From Octopus vulgaris (taxonomy: Eukaryota): a stretch of DNA of 64,000 bases. The notes under the pieces were generated by a model. That model was not told where the DNA came from and searched no databases. It saw only the letters and a list, made by a program, of their open reading frames with translations. Both the position numbers and the translations under genes were made by a program. Shown here piece by piece: positions 40,760 through 52,269 of this stretch; within the stretch, counting starts at the first letter, position 1; every line of letters starts with the position of its first letter. The stretch is taken from contig OX597823.1 in the NCBI GenBank assembly GCA_951406725.2, positions 59,644,001 through 59,708,000 of the forward strand. The letters run 5' to 3'.

Positions 40760-41430
40760 GGCATAAGGCCAGCATGTTCGGGAGGAGTAGGGAAATCCAT
40801 TGCATCAGCCCCAGGGCTCAGCTAGTACTTATTTTATCAACTCTAAAAGGATGAAAGGCAAAGGTGACCCTGGCAGAATATGAACTCAGAACACAAAGAC
40901 AGATAAAATGCTACTGAGCATTTCACCTAGCATGCTAATGATTCTAATCTAAGTAGAGACTTCAAACTTGAAATATTCAAAGCCACAGTCGAACCAATTC
41001 TACTATATGGCTCAGAAACCTGGACATTATCAAAGAAGCTTGAGAGGTGGTTGGATGGAACCTACACTCGCCTCCTTATGAGAGCTCAAAATCTCTCGTG
41101 GAAGCGCCATCCAACCAAAATGCAAATATATGGGAAACTACCACCTGTGTCATCTCTTGTGAAAGGTAGGAGAGTCTAGTTTGCTGGACATTGTTGTAGA
41201 GCTGATAAAGAAGTAATTTCTACTCTTCTCCTCTGGAAGCCATCTACTCGCAATACCAGAGGGCGCACACTCTCCTACCCTGATGTAATCTCCAGGGATA
41301 CAGGCATCCAGCAACAGGACCTCCTTAATGCCATGATGGACCATGAAGTCTGGCGTAGCATGGTAAATTCCATTGTCTCGACCACGGTCGAACAATGATG
41401 ATGATGAATGATTCTGCCAGCTCACTGCCT
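40760..41430 (-). mobile_element. SINE family B split by a LINE insertion
   Basis: Body at 40760-40945; head resumes at 41407-41430. Confidence 0.8.
40946..41406 (+). mobile_element. 5'-truncated young RTE/RTE-X-like LINE 3' end with (TGA)n tail and 9-bp TSD
   Basis: NLSRDFKLEIFKATVEPILLYGSETWTLSKKLERWLDGTYTRLLMRA...RRV*FAGHC...WRSMVNSIVSTTVEQ*; TSD AATGATTCT at 40937-40945 and 41407-41415. Confidence 0.92.
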
Positions 41431-41799
41431 TACTAGACTGAAATATTAGCCTTATGCCAGTTGGGTTCCTTTTTTTAACTCTTTATATCCAATTTTCCCA
41501 TGTTAGCATGATTTAGAAAAAATTGTGAAGGTAGTATTCTATGACTTAGATAATCTTCCTCTTACCAATCTCTGTTTTATGTAAACTTGTTATTCATTTA
41601 GATAAGCCCATGATGAACTCCAAAATGGCTTATGATATTGGGATTTGTTTATTTTTTCATTCTAGGCTTAAACAATAATACCACAGTTTAAATGGTTATA
41701 TTGTTCTATGATATATCATTGTTTCAAACCATGCTAAGACACAGACGGGAAGGCACAAACTCATACATGCATACAAATATGCTCACTTACCTCCCCCCC

Positions 41800-41839
<40 letters not shown>

Positions 41840-41849
41840 TATATAGCAG

Positions 41850-42425
41850 CCCTTCCTGTTTGTCTTACCAATTTTGACCCTCCGCAAAATCCCAAATTTT
41901 ATATAAAATTTGCTTTGCAGGAGCAACTGTTTTATCAAAAGCATATTTTGTAGCTCAATGCTTGAAATACGAGAGTAGAAAAACAGCCAACAACTGATAG
42001 TGGGTCGTTCTTTATGTTGTTTGTCTTGTTTCCCTTCTGTGTCTTTCATTGTTTAAAAAGATAGTCCATATTCCATGTACTCAACTTCGTATTTTATGTT
42101 GTACACATTTCATGACGTCCCCTGCCCACATATGCATACATATATATGTATTGTTTTGTTCTTACTATATATATATATATATATATATAAAACAGAGTAC
42201 AAGATATACAACACAAGGAATATTCCCCTTCTTCAGATGTCCCTGTTTCGTCTACTCCACTTTTCGAAGGTAAGGACAAGATGCGACTTCGTTGAAACAG
42301 TCCTTCCCGCAAAGCAAATTAAATAAAATTTGGGATTTTGCGGAGGGGTAAAAGTGGTAACAAGAACAGGACAGTAAAAACAGAGCAAGACAGTAAAAGC
42401 AATACAAGTAAAAACAGTGAAAGAC
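41850..42425. mobile_element. Two diverged family E copies in inverted orientation
   Basis: 41850-42150 (+) and 42190-42425 (-), separated by (TA)n. Confidence 0.65.
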
Positions 42426-42774
42426 AATATATATTATTTATATTATTATATATAAAATATGTATATATATATATTATATTATATTATACTATTTTATATA
42501 TATATATACATATAAATATATTATATTATATTACATGATTATATATATGTATATATATATTATATTATATTATATTATACTATATTATATATATATATTA
42601 TATTATATTATATTACATATATATATATGTATACATATATACACACTATAAAGTAAGAACAGGAAAATTTACATCATAAAAGTCGTCACAGAAGATATAT
42701 GTCCAAAATAATATTGTATTAATCGATAAATATATAAATATATAAAGTATGATTATTTAAAAAGTTTGAAATAT

Positions 42775-42861
42775 CTTACGATCATTTCATGAATGTATTA
42801 CCCTTTGAAATGAAAACTAAAATTGATAATCATTATTAAATAATACATCTACTCGTCAGAG
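42775..42861 (-). ncRNA. Type I hammerhead ribozyme motif with long stem II
   Basis: CU-CUGACGA-GUAGAUGUAUUA-[~40 nt]-UAAUACAUUCAU-GAAA-UGAUCG-UA-AG; stem I is weak. Confidence 0.6.
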
Positions 42862-43614
42862 CAAAAGGATGAATTTCCGGGTAGTCAACTGAATACTATT
42901 TAAAAAGATACTGTTTAAAAAAGTCAATTGCTACTTCCAGTTTCCCTATACCAAATCTTCTCCCAAGACTTTGGTTAGCCCAGGACTAAAGAAGATACTT
43001 GACCAAGGTGCCATACAGTGGGACTGAACTTGAAACCATGTGGTTGAAAAGCAAACTTCTTACTAGGCTGACATACCTGTAACTACACATACAGCCACTC
43101 CTACATCTACCAGTCTACATGTATATATATATATACATGTAGTAGAAATATGTTACAAAAAGAAAATAGAAACTATGCGTGGAAATTTAAGGGGAAAGTA
43201 AGAAGAAGAATAAGCGAAAATGCACATTGGAAATTAAAAAAAGTAAAGGCTTTTATGGTAGGCTTCCATACAGTTTATGCTTACCACCTTCATTGGTAAG
43301 GTATTGGTAAAGTAATTGGCATGATAGAAGACATTTTCCTATGGTATTATGATCGTGCCGTAGGAATGAACTTAAAACTATATGACTGTGAAGCAAACTT
43401 CTTAACAATGCATCACCATTAAAGCTTTGAAGGCAAACATCTATGGCCCAAGCATGATATTGCTATCTCTTTACAAATATTGTATCTGAAGTTTGCATTT
43501 ATTTTTTACTTTTAAATTGTATGTATGAATTGAAGGTAACTTGGCTGTCATGTCTAGCAATGTGAGTGTCTATGCAGAGGCTTTCTCTTAGTTGACATAC
43601 TAAATATTCTTTCG

Positions 43615-43830
43615 TATTCTACTGTAGGCAAAAAGGCCAGAATTATTTTGGAGGTGGGGGGAGTGGGCTAGTCAATTACATTAACCCCAGTGCATAACTG
43701 GTAGGTACTTCATTGACCCTGAATGGATGAAAGTGGCAAAGCTCACTTTGGCAGAATTTGAACTCAGAACAAAAAGCCAGAAGAAACGCCATTAATCATT
43801 TTGTCCAGTATGCTAATGATTCTGCCAGCA
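43615..43830 (-). mobile_element. SINE family B, degenerate
   Basis: Reverse complement match. Confidence 0.75.
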
Positions 43831-44673
43831 TGCTGTCTCTGACATGCTAAATATGAATAACAAAATATAACTTTCCCTTTTATGGGGTGTTTCAGAGCAT
43901 CAGAATAAAACAATAGATAAGTGATTTCTATAAGAAATGTGGCAACACGACTGAAGTAATCAATAGCCCCCCAAAATAAACTGAAGCAACATACTTTTAA
44001 GTGCTGGTAAGTTGATATACGAATAAGGCTAAAGCAATTATTTAAAAGAACAGAATTTACATATTGCAATGAATATTTATTAGTATACATACTTACTCAC
44101 TTAGAGAATTCTTTGAAAAAAATTTTTCTCTATTTTGGGTTTTGGATATCAGAGAATATGTTTTCCTAATTGAGTAATTATTCATTATATTCTTTCCGGT
44201 GAAGAAATTAAAGCAGAGTTTTTAGTAGAGAGAAGAGGTAATTCTCTAAAAATATATTTCTTGTTTGTATTCTCAGACACGGTTATGGTTTCTCGGCATC
44301 ATGTCAGTCATTTTTGCTTCACTTGATAGCCACGTAAATTCTACAGTTTAGTTATTCCATTTCATTTGATTTAATTTTATTTCAATGCAATGCCAAGAAC
44401 CCAAATACTGTTATGTTACAGTTTCAGTAGCATAATTTTAATAAAATAATTCAGAAATACAAACAAGATAAAGTTTGGTTCATATTAAATGACCCATATA
44501 AAATATATATATATCACAGACTAGAAGAATACACCCTTGGAAACGAAATTAAAAGAAAAAAGTATAATTCCTTTTGATTTCTCTTTAGGCATCACTTTGG
44601 TATTAAACTAGATGCTAGGTGCCCCAGTTAAATACTTTAATGAAATGAAGTGCTAGTATACATGTGTATATAC

Positions 44674-44705
<32 letters not shown>

Positions 44706-44774
44706 ATGAAATGATTAACCACGTATGTAACTAAAGAATGTGACCTATACATGCACATGCAAACACAGACACAC

Positions 44775-44815
<41 letters not shown>

Positions 44816-44900
44816 TACATATATACATACAATATATATACATGTATATTATATTATATTTCTAAATGTATTATTTATATAAATATATATATATATATAT

Positions 44901-44945
<45 letters not shown>

Positions 44946-45694
44946 CATGCATACAGATGTATACATACATATACATGCATACAAACAGATATTCATGCGC
45001 ATATATATATATATATATGTATACATTTGTGTGTATATATATATATATAATATATATATACATACATATGCATATATACATGTATATACGTATGTAGACA
45101 AACATGAAGTTGTTGATTAATAAAAAAAAAAAGCACATACAATATTTCTAGCTTTCCTTACATTGATAATGGCAAATATTAAACTACAAAAATATGAAAA
45201 AAGAAAAAAAGGAAAAAAATAGATAGCATTTACCAGAATATTGCAGATCATCAATCAAGCATAGAAGCAATATCATTTTAATCTCCAATATGAACATGAG
45301 CAATTTTAAATTGATATATTTACTATTTAAAATAAATGGAAAAAAACACGCAAATGAAAAAAGATTGCCTAGCATGGTTTCAATACGTATATTCGTGTAT
45401 ATCTCTCTATCTATCAATTTCTCTCTCTCTACACACACACACACATATATATCATGTGGATTGCATGCATATATCTACTTATGTATATGTATGTATGTGT
45501 ATATATATATATATGTGATATATATATTCATGTATGTTTGTGTACATGTATATATATATGTGTGCATATGCATGTGTGTATGTGTGTGTTTCTGTGTATA
45601 TGTGTATGTGTGTGGTTATATAGATAGACATAGATATAGACAGACAGAGACAGCTAGACAGATCTTGATATATATATATATATATTTTATCTTT

Positions 45695-45760
<66 letters not shown>

Positions 45761-46486
45761 ACATATACATATATATATATAGAAACATATACATATATAT
45801 ATATACAAACATATACATATATATATATACAAACATATACTATATATATATATATATATATATATATTAGTGCAGACATATATGCACACAAAGAGACATA
45901 AATACACAAACATGCATGTGTGCACATGCGCATATATTTACAATGAACAAATTCTATTAAATTGTCTTTATGAAATATTTTTTTTACGATATTTCTCATC
46001 TGCAGCCGATTTTGTTCCTTTCTTGTAATTCTTTTAATATTTTTTTTTTTTCAAGAGGATATTTTTTCTATATTCCATTCTTAAAGTTTCCCACTTATCT
46101 TGTCTGCATGCTGAACTATACTACAATGAGTGAATGAGCACTGGAAGAATTTAAAGCAAAAATACACAAAAAAAAAAGAAACAACTATAAAACCAACAGT
46201 AGCATCTCCTTAACCATAACAACTACCACCACCACCAACACCAACACCAACAACAAAAAACACACTTCAAACATATCCACATTGCATGAAACTGAGGTGA
46301 AGCAAATGGCTTACAGTCAAATTTAACCCTAGTATGTCTCAGATAGTTGTTTCAACACGAAAAGATGAAAATCTAAGTCGTCCTCAGGATTGACTTAAAA
46401 TCAGAATTTTAAGAGATGTAAATAATGATGATGGTGGTGGTGGTGGTGGTAGTGGTGGAAGTCGTAGTAGTAGCAGCAGCAGCAGC

Positions 46487-46525
<39 letters not shown>

Positions 46526-46624
46526 CATAATAATAATAACAACAATATCAATAATAGTAATAAAGGATCTTTTGTGGTAGCAAACCATGAGACGTGGTTG
46601 GAATTCCTCCAATGATAATGAATG

Positions 46625-46670
<46 letters not shown>

Positions 46671-46684
46671 TAATAATAATAATA

Positions 46685-47204
46685 AGGCAGTGGCCCTCAT
46701 GGCTTCTCATCTTAACTGATTAATTGTTTTGTCTTGGTATAAAAGATGGTCTACAACAAATATTCTGCTCAATATCACAGATTTGCTTGTCAGTTGATTG
46801 ACCTTAACCAGTTGAGCATGTTCCTTAGTGGCTGACGATATGTGTATCTCGGATCATGAGTAGAAGTAGTGGGGGAGCATCATAGCCATGTGCTGAGAGG
46901 AATTCTTTGGGGTTTGAATAATTTCCCTCTGGAAACACAGGTGTTTCATTCAACATCCTTAAACAACCTTTATTCAGGGACCTTTTGAATGGGATGGACT
47001 ACTTGACCAGAAGAAAATTCTAACTAGGTCCCACCTGCAAAGTCATGAGCTGTTAATCTTGATATGAGATCACCATGTCATGCACATGTGGTTGTAATGC
47101 ATGTACCTGGTGTACCCTTATCAGACGGGTAGCCATGATGGGTATACTGGGCTTGGTATATTTTACTCCAGTGTCACTTTGATGTATGCACTGCTCTCTC
47201 ATTC
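46685..47204 (+). mobile_element. Family G element in (TAA)n
   Basis: High identity to 11320-11870; ~18 bp shorter at the 5' end plus a small internal deletion. Confidence 0.85.
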
Positions 47205-47229
47205 AATAATAATAATAATAATGATGATG

Positions 47230-47303
<74 letters not shown>

Positions 47304-47307
47304 CATC

Positions 47308-47540
47308 CATTCTACTAAAGGCACAAGGTCTGAAATTGGAAAAGGAGGATAGTCGATTACATTGACCCCAGTACTCAACTGGTACTTTTTTCATCAACCC
47401 CAAAAGGATGAAAAGCAAAGTTGAACTTGGCGGAATTTGAACTCAGAGTGTAGTGGCAAGGTGCTATGCAGTGGGGATTGAATGCAGAACCATGTATTTA
47501 GGAAGCAAACCTCTTACCACACAGCCATGCCTGCACCTAT
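47308..47540 (-). mobile_element. SINE B 3' part fused to SINE A head
   Basis: 47308-47455 matches family B; 47455-47540 matches family A head. Confidence 0.7.
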
Positions 47541-47541
47541 A

Positions 47542-48040
47542 CTGGAATATTACACCAAAAAGGAGTTGAAGTAAAAAGAAAATGGTACACACATCAGCCA
47601 GGAAATGTAATAGTGAACGTCCAACATATGGTTTGCTGGTATTTTAATGTACATACTCATCATGAACTTCATGCAAGTAACCCAGATATTATCGTTCTGG
47701 ATAAGGGGAGAAAAGAGTTCATCATTATAGATGTGGTTAATTCTGCAGATGTGAATGTAATGGTCAAAGAACAGGTGAAAATAGGCAAATACCAGGATTT
47801 GGCTAGTGAAATGTGAAGACTGTGAACGGTTTCTGTAAACATAATCCCAATTCTTATATGTGCCATAGGTGCGATCACCAACAGATTTGGCAGTTCTCTT
47901 ATTGAAATTGGTGTAGCTACGTGAACTGAATTAATTAAAAAATCTGCTCTATTGGGAACAGCAAGGATTGTAAGAAAAGTCCTCAATATCAAAGGACACT
48001 GGTTGTGACCTGGCTTCAAGAGCATTGATTCTAGATGTAA
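47542..48040 (+). mobile_element. R4/Dong-clade RLE endonuclease C-terminal fragment
   Basis: [68 protein letters not shown]. Confidence 0.9.
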
Positions 48041-48060
48041 AATATTCATGCACACTATTT

Positions 48061-48113
<53 letters not shown>

Positions 48114-48162
48114 GCATGTATGTATGTATGTATGTATGTATGTATGTATGTATGTATGTATG

Positions 48163-48227
<65 letters not shown>

Positions 48228-48247
48228 ATGCATATATGTATATATGT

Positions 48248-48282
<35 letters not shown>

Positions 48283-48424
48283 TATATAAATTCAAATTAC
48301 AATGAACGTAAACAAAGTCTGATTTAGAAACATTGAGACGTCTTAGAAAGTTAAAGAAGTGATTTTAAATTCTCAAACGCAGGATAATGCTAATATGTGT
48401 GTATATATATATATATATGTGTGC

Positions 48425-48472
<48 letters not shown>

Positions 48473-48513
48473 GTGTATATATATTTATATATATATATAT
48501 ATGTGTGTGTATA

Positions 48514-48557
<44 letters not shown>

Positions 48558-48584
48558 CATATACATATATTTAAATAGGTGAAT

Positions 48585-49340
48585 GAATTATCCTATGGTT
48601 ATCGTCAGCATGGAAAATTCGTTTAACCGAAACCTGGGTAGCAAATTCACGTCAGAAACACGGTTGAAGCGACCTGTCCAAGGGTAGAAACTCCGGGTTC
48701 TTGTGCAGAAATTTGTGTGTTGTATATGAATAAATGAAAGAATGGAGTCGAACGAAGATTCCTCTACTCTCGACATATGTTTCGAAGACAACATGTTTTC
48801 ATTCCAAAGGAATAAAGGGTGCATTATGCAATCTTCTCATCAGGAAAGAAAGGGGGCCTCTCTCGACAACAAGACAAACAAAAATTTCGATGACTGCTTA
48901 CATGGTAAACAAAGCGATAATGAGTGTTTTTTTAAAAAAAACGTTAGAAGAATTGACGTCAAAGATAGATAGTAGGAAGAGAAGGGTTAAAGGAATAATA
49001 GGTAGGGAACAAGTGGAGAGGGAAGGGTACGTTGATTGAAAGAATGTTCGAAGGCTTAGGAAAGAATTTCGCTATAGAAGTGGGGTGGACGTAAAGCTAA
49101 TTGTTCAAACCACAGTGACTATCGTTATCATTTATATGAGTAGAAATATGTTTCTGCCAGTGTTTACATTTGTATGATTTTTCTATGAGTGTGTTTACTA
49201 GGGGAACCTTAGAGAAGAGAATTGGAAGAGTTCAGAGTTACAAATGTTACAAAATCTCCTGCCCCTATCAAAAGGAAAGGATACTGACAGTATGAACCAA
49301 GGGCAGGAGATTTTGTAACATTTGTAACTCTGAACTCTTA
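48585..49340 (-). mobile_element. Penelope-like pLTR/retrozyme-like element between (TA)n arrays
   Basis: Contains a hammerhead at 48767-48848 and a terminal 39-bp perfect IR (49226-49264 / 49301-49339). Confidence 0.6.
48767..48848 (-). ncRNA. Type I hammerhead ribozyme, canonical core, branched stem II
   Basis: CUUUC-CUGAUGA-GAAGA-[43 nt]-UCUUC-GAAA-CAUAUG-UC-GAGAG; all three stems pair; GUC cleavage triplet. Confidence 0.8.
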
Positions 49341-49358
49341 TATATATATATATACATT

Positions 49359-49395
<37 letters not shown>

Positions 49396-49409
49396 TTGTA
49401 ACTCTGAAC

Positions 49410-49484
<75 letters not shown>

Positions 49485-49718
49485 TAAAATTAAGGATAAA
49501 TTCTTTATAAGAAATTATCAGTAGTTAGCGTGAAAAACCTCGTAAGAGAAATATCCGTAAATTATTCCACTTTGAAAATATTTATTTATATTATATAGAG
49601 GGTACTATTATTCTTAGGTGCCGCACGCTAGGATAGACTCTTGCAGTCAAAACTACTAAAATAAACAAATTGTACTGAATGCAAAACTTCAAAGCAGGTA
49701 ATTTAAAAACAGAATTTA

Positions 49719-49782
49719 GTTACATATCACCTGTGATTTCGCAATCAATGCAGAATATGCATTCTATGCTCATCAGTGCAAC
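49719..49782 (-). ncRNA. Type I hammerhead ribozyme
   Basis: GUUGCA-CUGAUGA-GCA..UGC-GAAA-UCACAGGUGA-UA-UGUAAC. Confidence 0.75.
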
Positions 49783-49944
49783 AAACCCAAGACATATAAG
49801 AAAAAACACAACATTACAAACCCGACAGCCAACCATAGAATTCGTCGTAGCATGTACGAATGTTTATCTTTAAATATCTATGAAAATGGCAGGCTTATTC
49901 GCAATGCATTTCGGTAAACAAATTGCTTACTCGAAACAAAGTTT

Positions 49945-49999
49945 GTTGCACTGATGAGCATAGAATGCATTGATTGCGAAATCACAGGTGATATGTAAC
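49945..49999 (+). ncRNA. Type I hammerhead ribozyme
   Basis: GUUGCA-CUGAUGA-GCA-UAGAAUGCAUUGAU-UGC-GAAA-UCAC-AG-GUGA-UA-UGUAAC; predicted cut after 49993. Confidence 0.78.
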
Positions 50000-50120
50000 T
50001 AAATTCTGTCTTTAAATGACCTGCTTTGAAGTTTTGCATTCGGTACAATTTGTTTAATTTAGTAGTTTTGACTACAAGAGTCCCTCCTAGCGTGCGGTAC
50101 GTATGAATAATAGTATCCTC

Positions 50121-50160
<40 letters not shown>

Positions 50161-50164
<4 letters not shown>

Positions 50165-50380
50165 CGGGAAAGTTTACGAAAATAAACAAAAGACGAAGGC
50201 AGGTGGAGCACAAACAAACAAATGTATTAATATAGCGCTCAGGAATAGAAATAGAAAAAGTCTTTTACGTTTCGAGCCTACGCTCTTCGACAAAAAGATA
50301 CACAGAAAAAAACAAAGAGAGAAAAAAAAGAGAGAAAAAAAATGCGTGTAGAAGCTAACGATCTATCATGGCGTCCTGAC
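50161..50380 (-). mobile_element. Family F pLTR-like element
   Basis: Homologous to 10060-10236; flanked by (TA)n. Confidence 0.7.
50261..50298 (-). ncRNA. Minimal hammerhead motif with variant core
   Basis: UCUUU-UUGUCGA-A-GAGC-GUAG-GCUC-GAAA-CG-UA-AAAGA. Confidence 0.6.
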
Positions 50381-50768
50381 TATATATATATATATATATA
50401 CATTTTTCTTGAGAACACACTCTTTGAGGTTATGGCGATTTGATGTCTATGTTTAGCATATAGGGTGTCCACTTTAGTGGTCATTCCGCTAAATTTTGTA
50501 TGTAACACAATTTGTAATCTTCAGATTTTTAAATATGCTAACCCACTGGTTTTAATTGATTAACATCATTTTCTACCCTTATTATCTAATTTTATATATA
50601 TAAGAGGAAAAAATCTATCAGAAAGGAACTCTAATTTTTTGATAAGCATAACAAATGCGCAACCGGTAAAAAGAACTTTCACCTAATTAAGTTACTTAAA
50701 TTATTTTGTCAGCATTTTCTTCATTTGCTTTTTTATATATCACAACTCGTGTTCCACATCTCCTTTTT

Positions 50769-50818
<50 letters not shown>

Positions 50819-50821
<3 letters not shown>

Positions 50822-51187
50822 GGTGATTTTAAAGTCTCCATACATAGGGAAAATTTATTTTTTATAAGAGACAGTTTATAAGATAACTGTACATCCCTTG
50901 ATCTGACCCCTCTTGATTTCTATCTTTGGGGGCATTTGAAAGGCATGGTGTATGGCGGAAAGATAAAAAACATAAATGATTTGAAGGAACGCATCAGCAA
51001 CTCCTTTACACACGTATCACCAGATTTGCTATTACAAGTTCACAATGAGTGGGGTAAACGTATTGCAATGTGTATTCAAAACAATGGTAACCATATAGAG
51101 CCTGTTAATAAAAAAGAACTGTTCTTATAAACTGTTTCTTATAAAAGATAAATTGTTCCTATGTATGGCAACTTTTGAATCACCCTG
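50819..51187 (+). mobile_element. Internally deleted Tc1/mariner element with both TIRs
   Basis: TA|CAGGGTGATT...AATCACCCTG|TA, ~70-bp TIRs; internal DLTPLDFYLWGHLKGMVY...KRIAMCIQNNGNHIE (DDD transposase C-terminus). Confidence 0.9.
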
Positions 51188-51188
51188 T

Positions 51189-51219
<31 letters not shown>

Positions 51220-51586
51220 CATAGAGAGAAAGAGAGACAGACACACACACATACGTAGTGAGAGAGATTACGTGAGAGGGAGGAAGGACGAGAAAGGGAG
51301 AGGGTGCATGAGACTACTAGAGCCAGTGAGAGACATGGCAAGAAGGAGAGAGAGAGATAATTAAATGTAAAAATATACGAATTAAATTTCATACTTGTAG
51401 TCAAATGGAATACATAGGAATGATCAATTTAATAAACATTGTAACCTCTTTTTGAACTGCAAGTATTTTATTATATTAATGTATTTCTGAATAAAATCAC
51501 ACAAGCAAACTAAATGAGCCATGAAGGGGAAAATTATATGAGTGGCAAGAAGAAGAATAAAGGAACAATTATGTATGTATGTATAT

Positions 51587-51638
<52 letters not shown>

Positions 51639-51897
51639 ATACTTGCATATATATACATACACACACACACACACATATATATACATATATACATACATAT
51701 ACATATATATACATATATATATACATATATATACATATACATATATATACATATATATGTATGTAATTATGTATGTATGTGCATATGTATATATGCAAAT
51801 ATATATGTATATGTATATATCTGTGTGTGTGTGTGCGTTTGATCATATATATGTATATATGTATGTTTGTATGTGTGCAGATATGCATGCTTCTATG

Positions 51898-51949
<52 letters not shown>

Positions 51950-52269
51950 CATATTTACATGTATGTATATATGTATGTATGTACGTATGTGAGTCGGAAT
52001 TCACACAGGCACTGTTTATGTTGAACTGGACACCTTGTTCTATATGAATGACCAGAGAATCAAGAAGCAGATGCTACATGGTTAAACTTGTGTGTGGAAA
52101 GCTCGCCTAGCAGAAACCAAGACTACTATCAAAGTTATGTGTCAAATCCTTGTTGAAGGCATTTAAAATAAGGAAGGTCAACTGGTAAATCGCTGCCTAT
52201 CATCGTCATCAGTCGAAGAAATACGTGAAGTCATAAGTAGAATAAAAATAAACCTGCATTTTTCGTATG

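Larger units (their letters stand above)
49587..50130. mobile_element. Inverted pLTR-like pair (~190-200 bp arms, ~155 bp spacer)
   Basis: 49587-49786 is the reverse complement of 49941-50130 with scattered substitutions. Confidence 0.85.
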
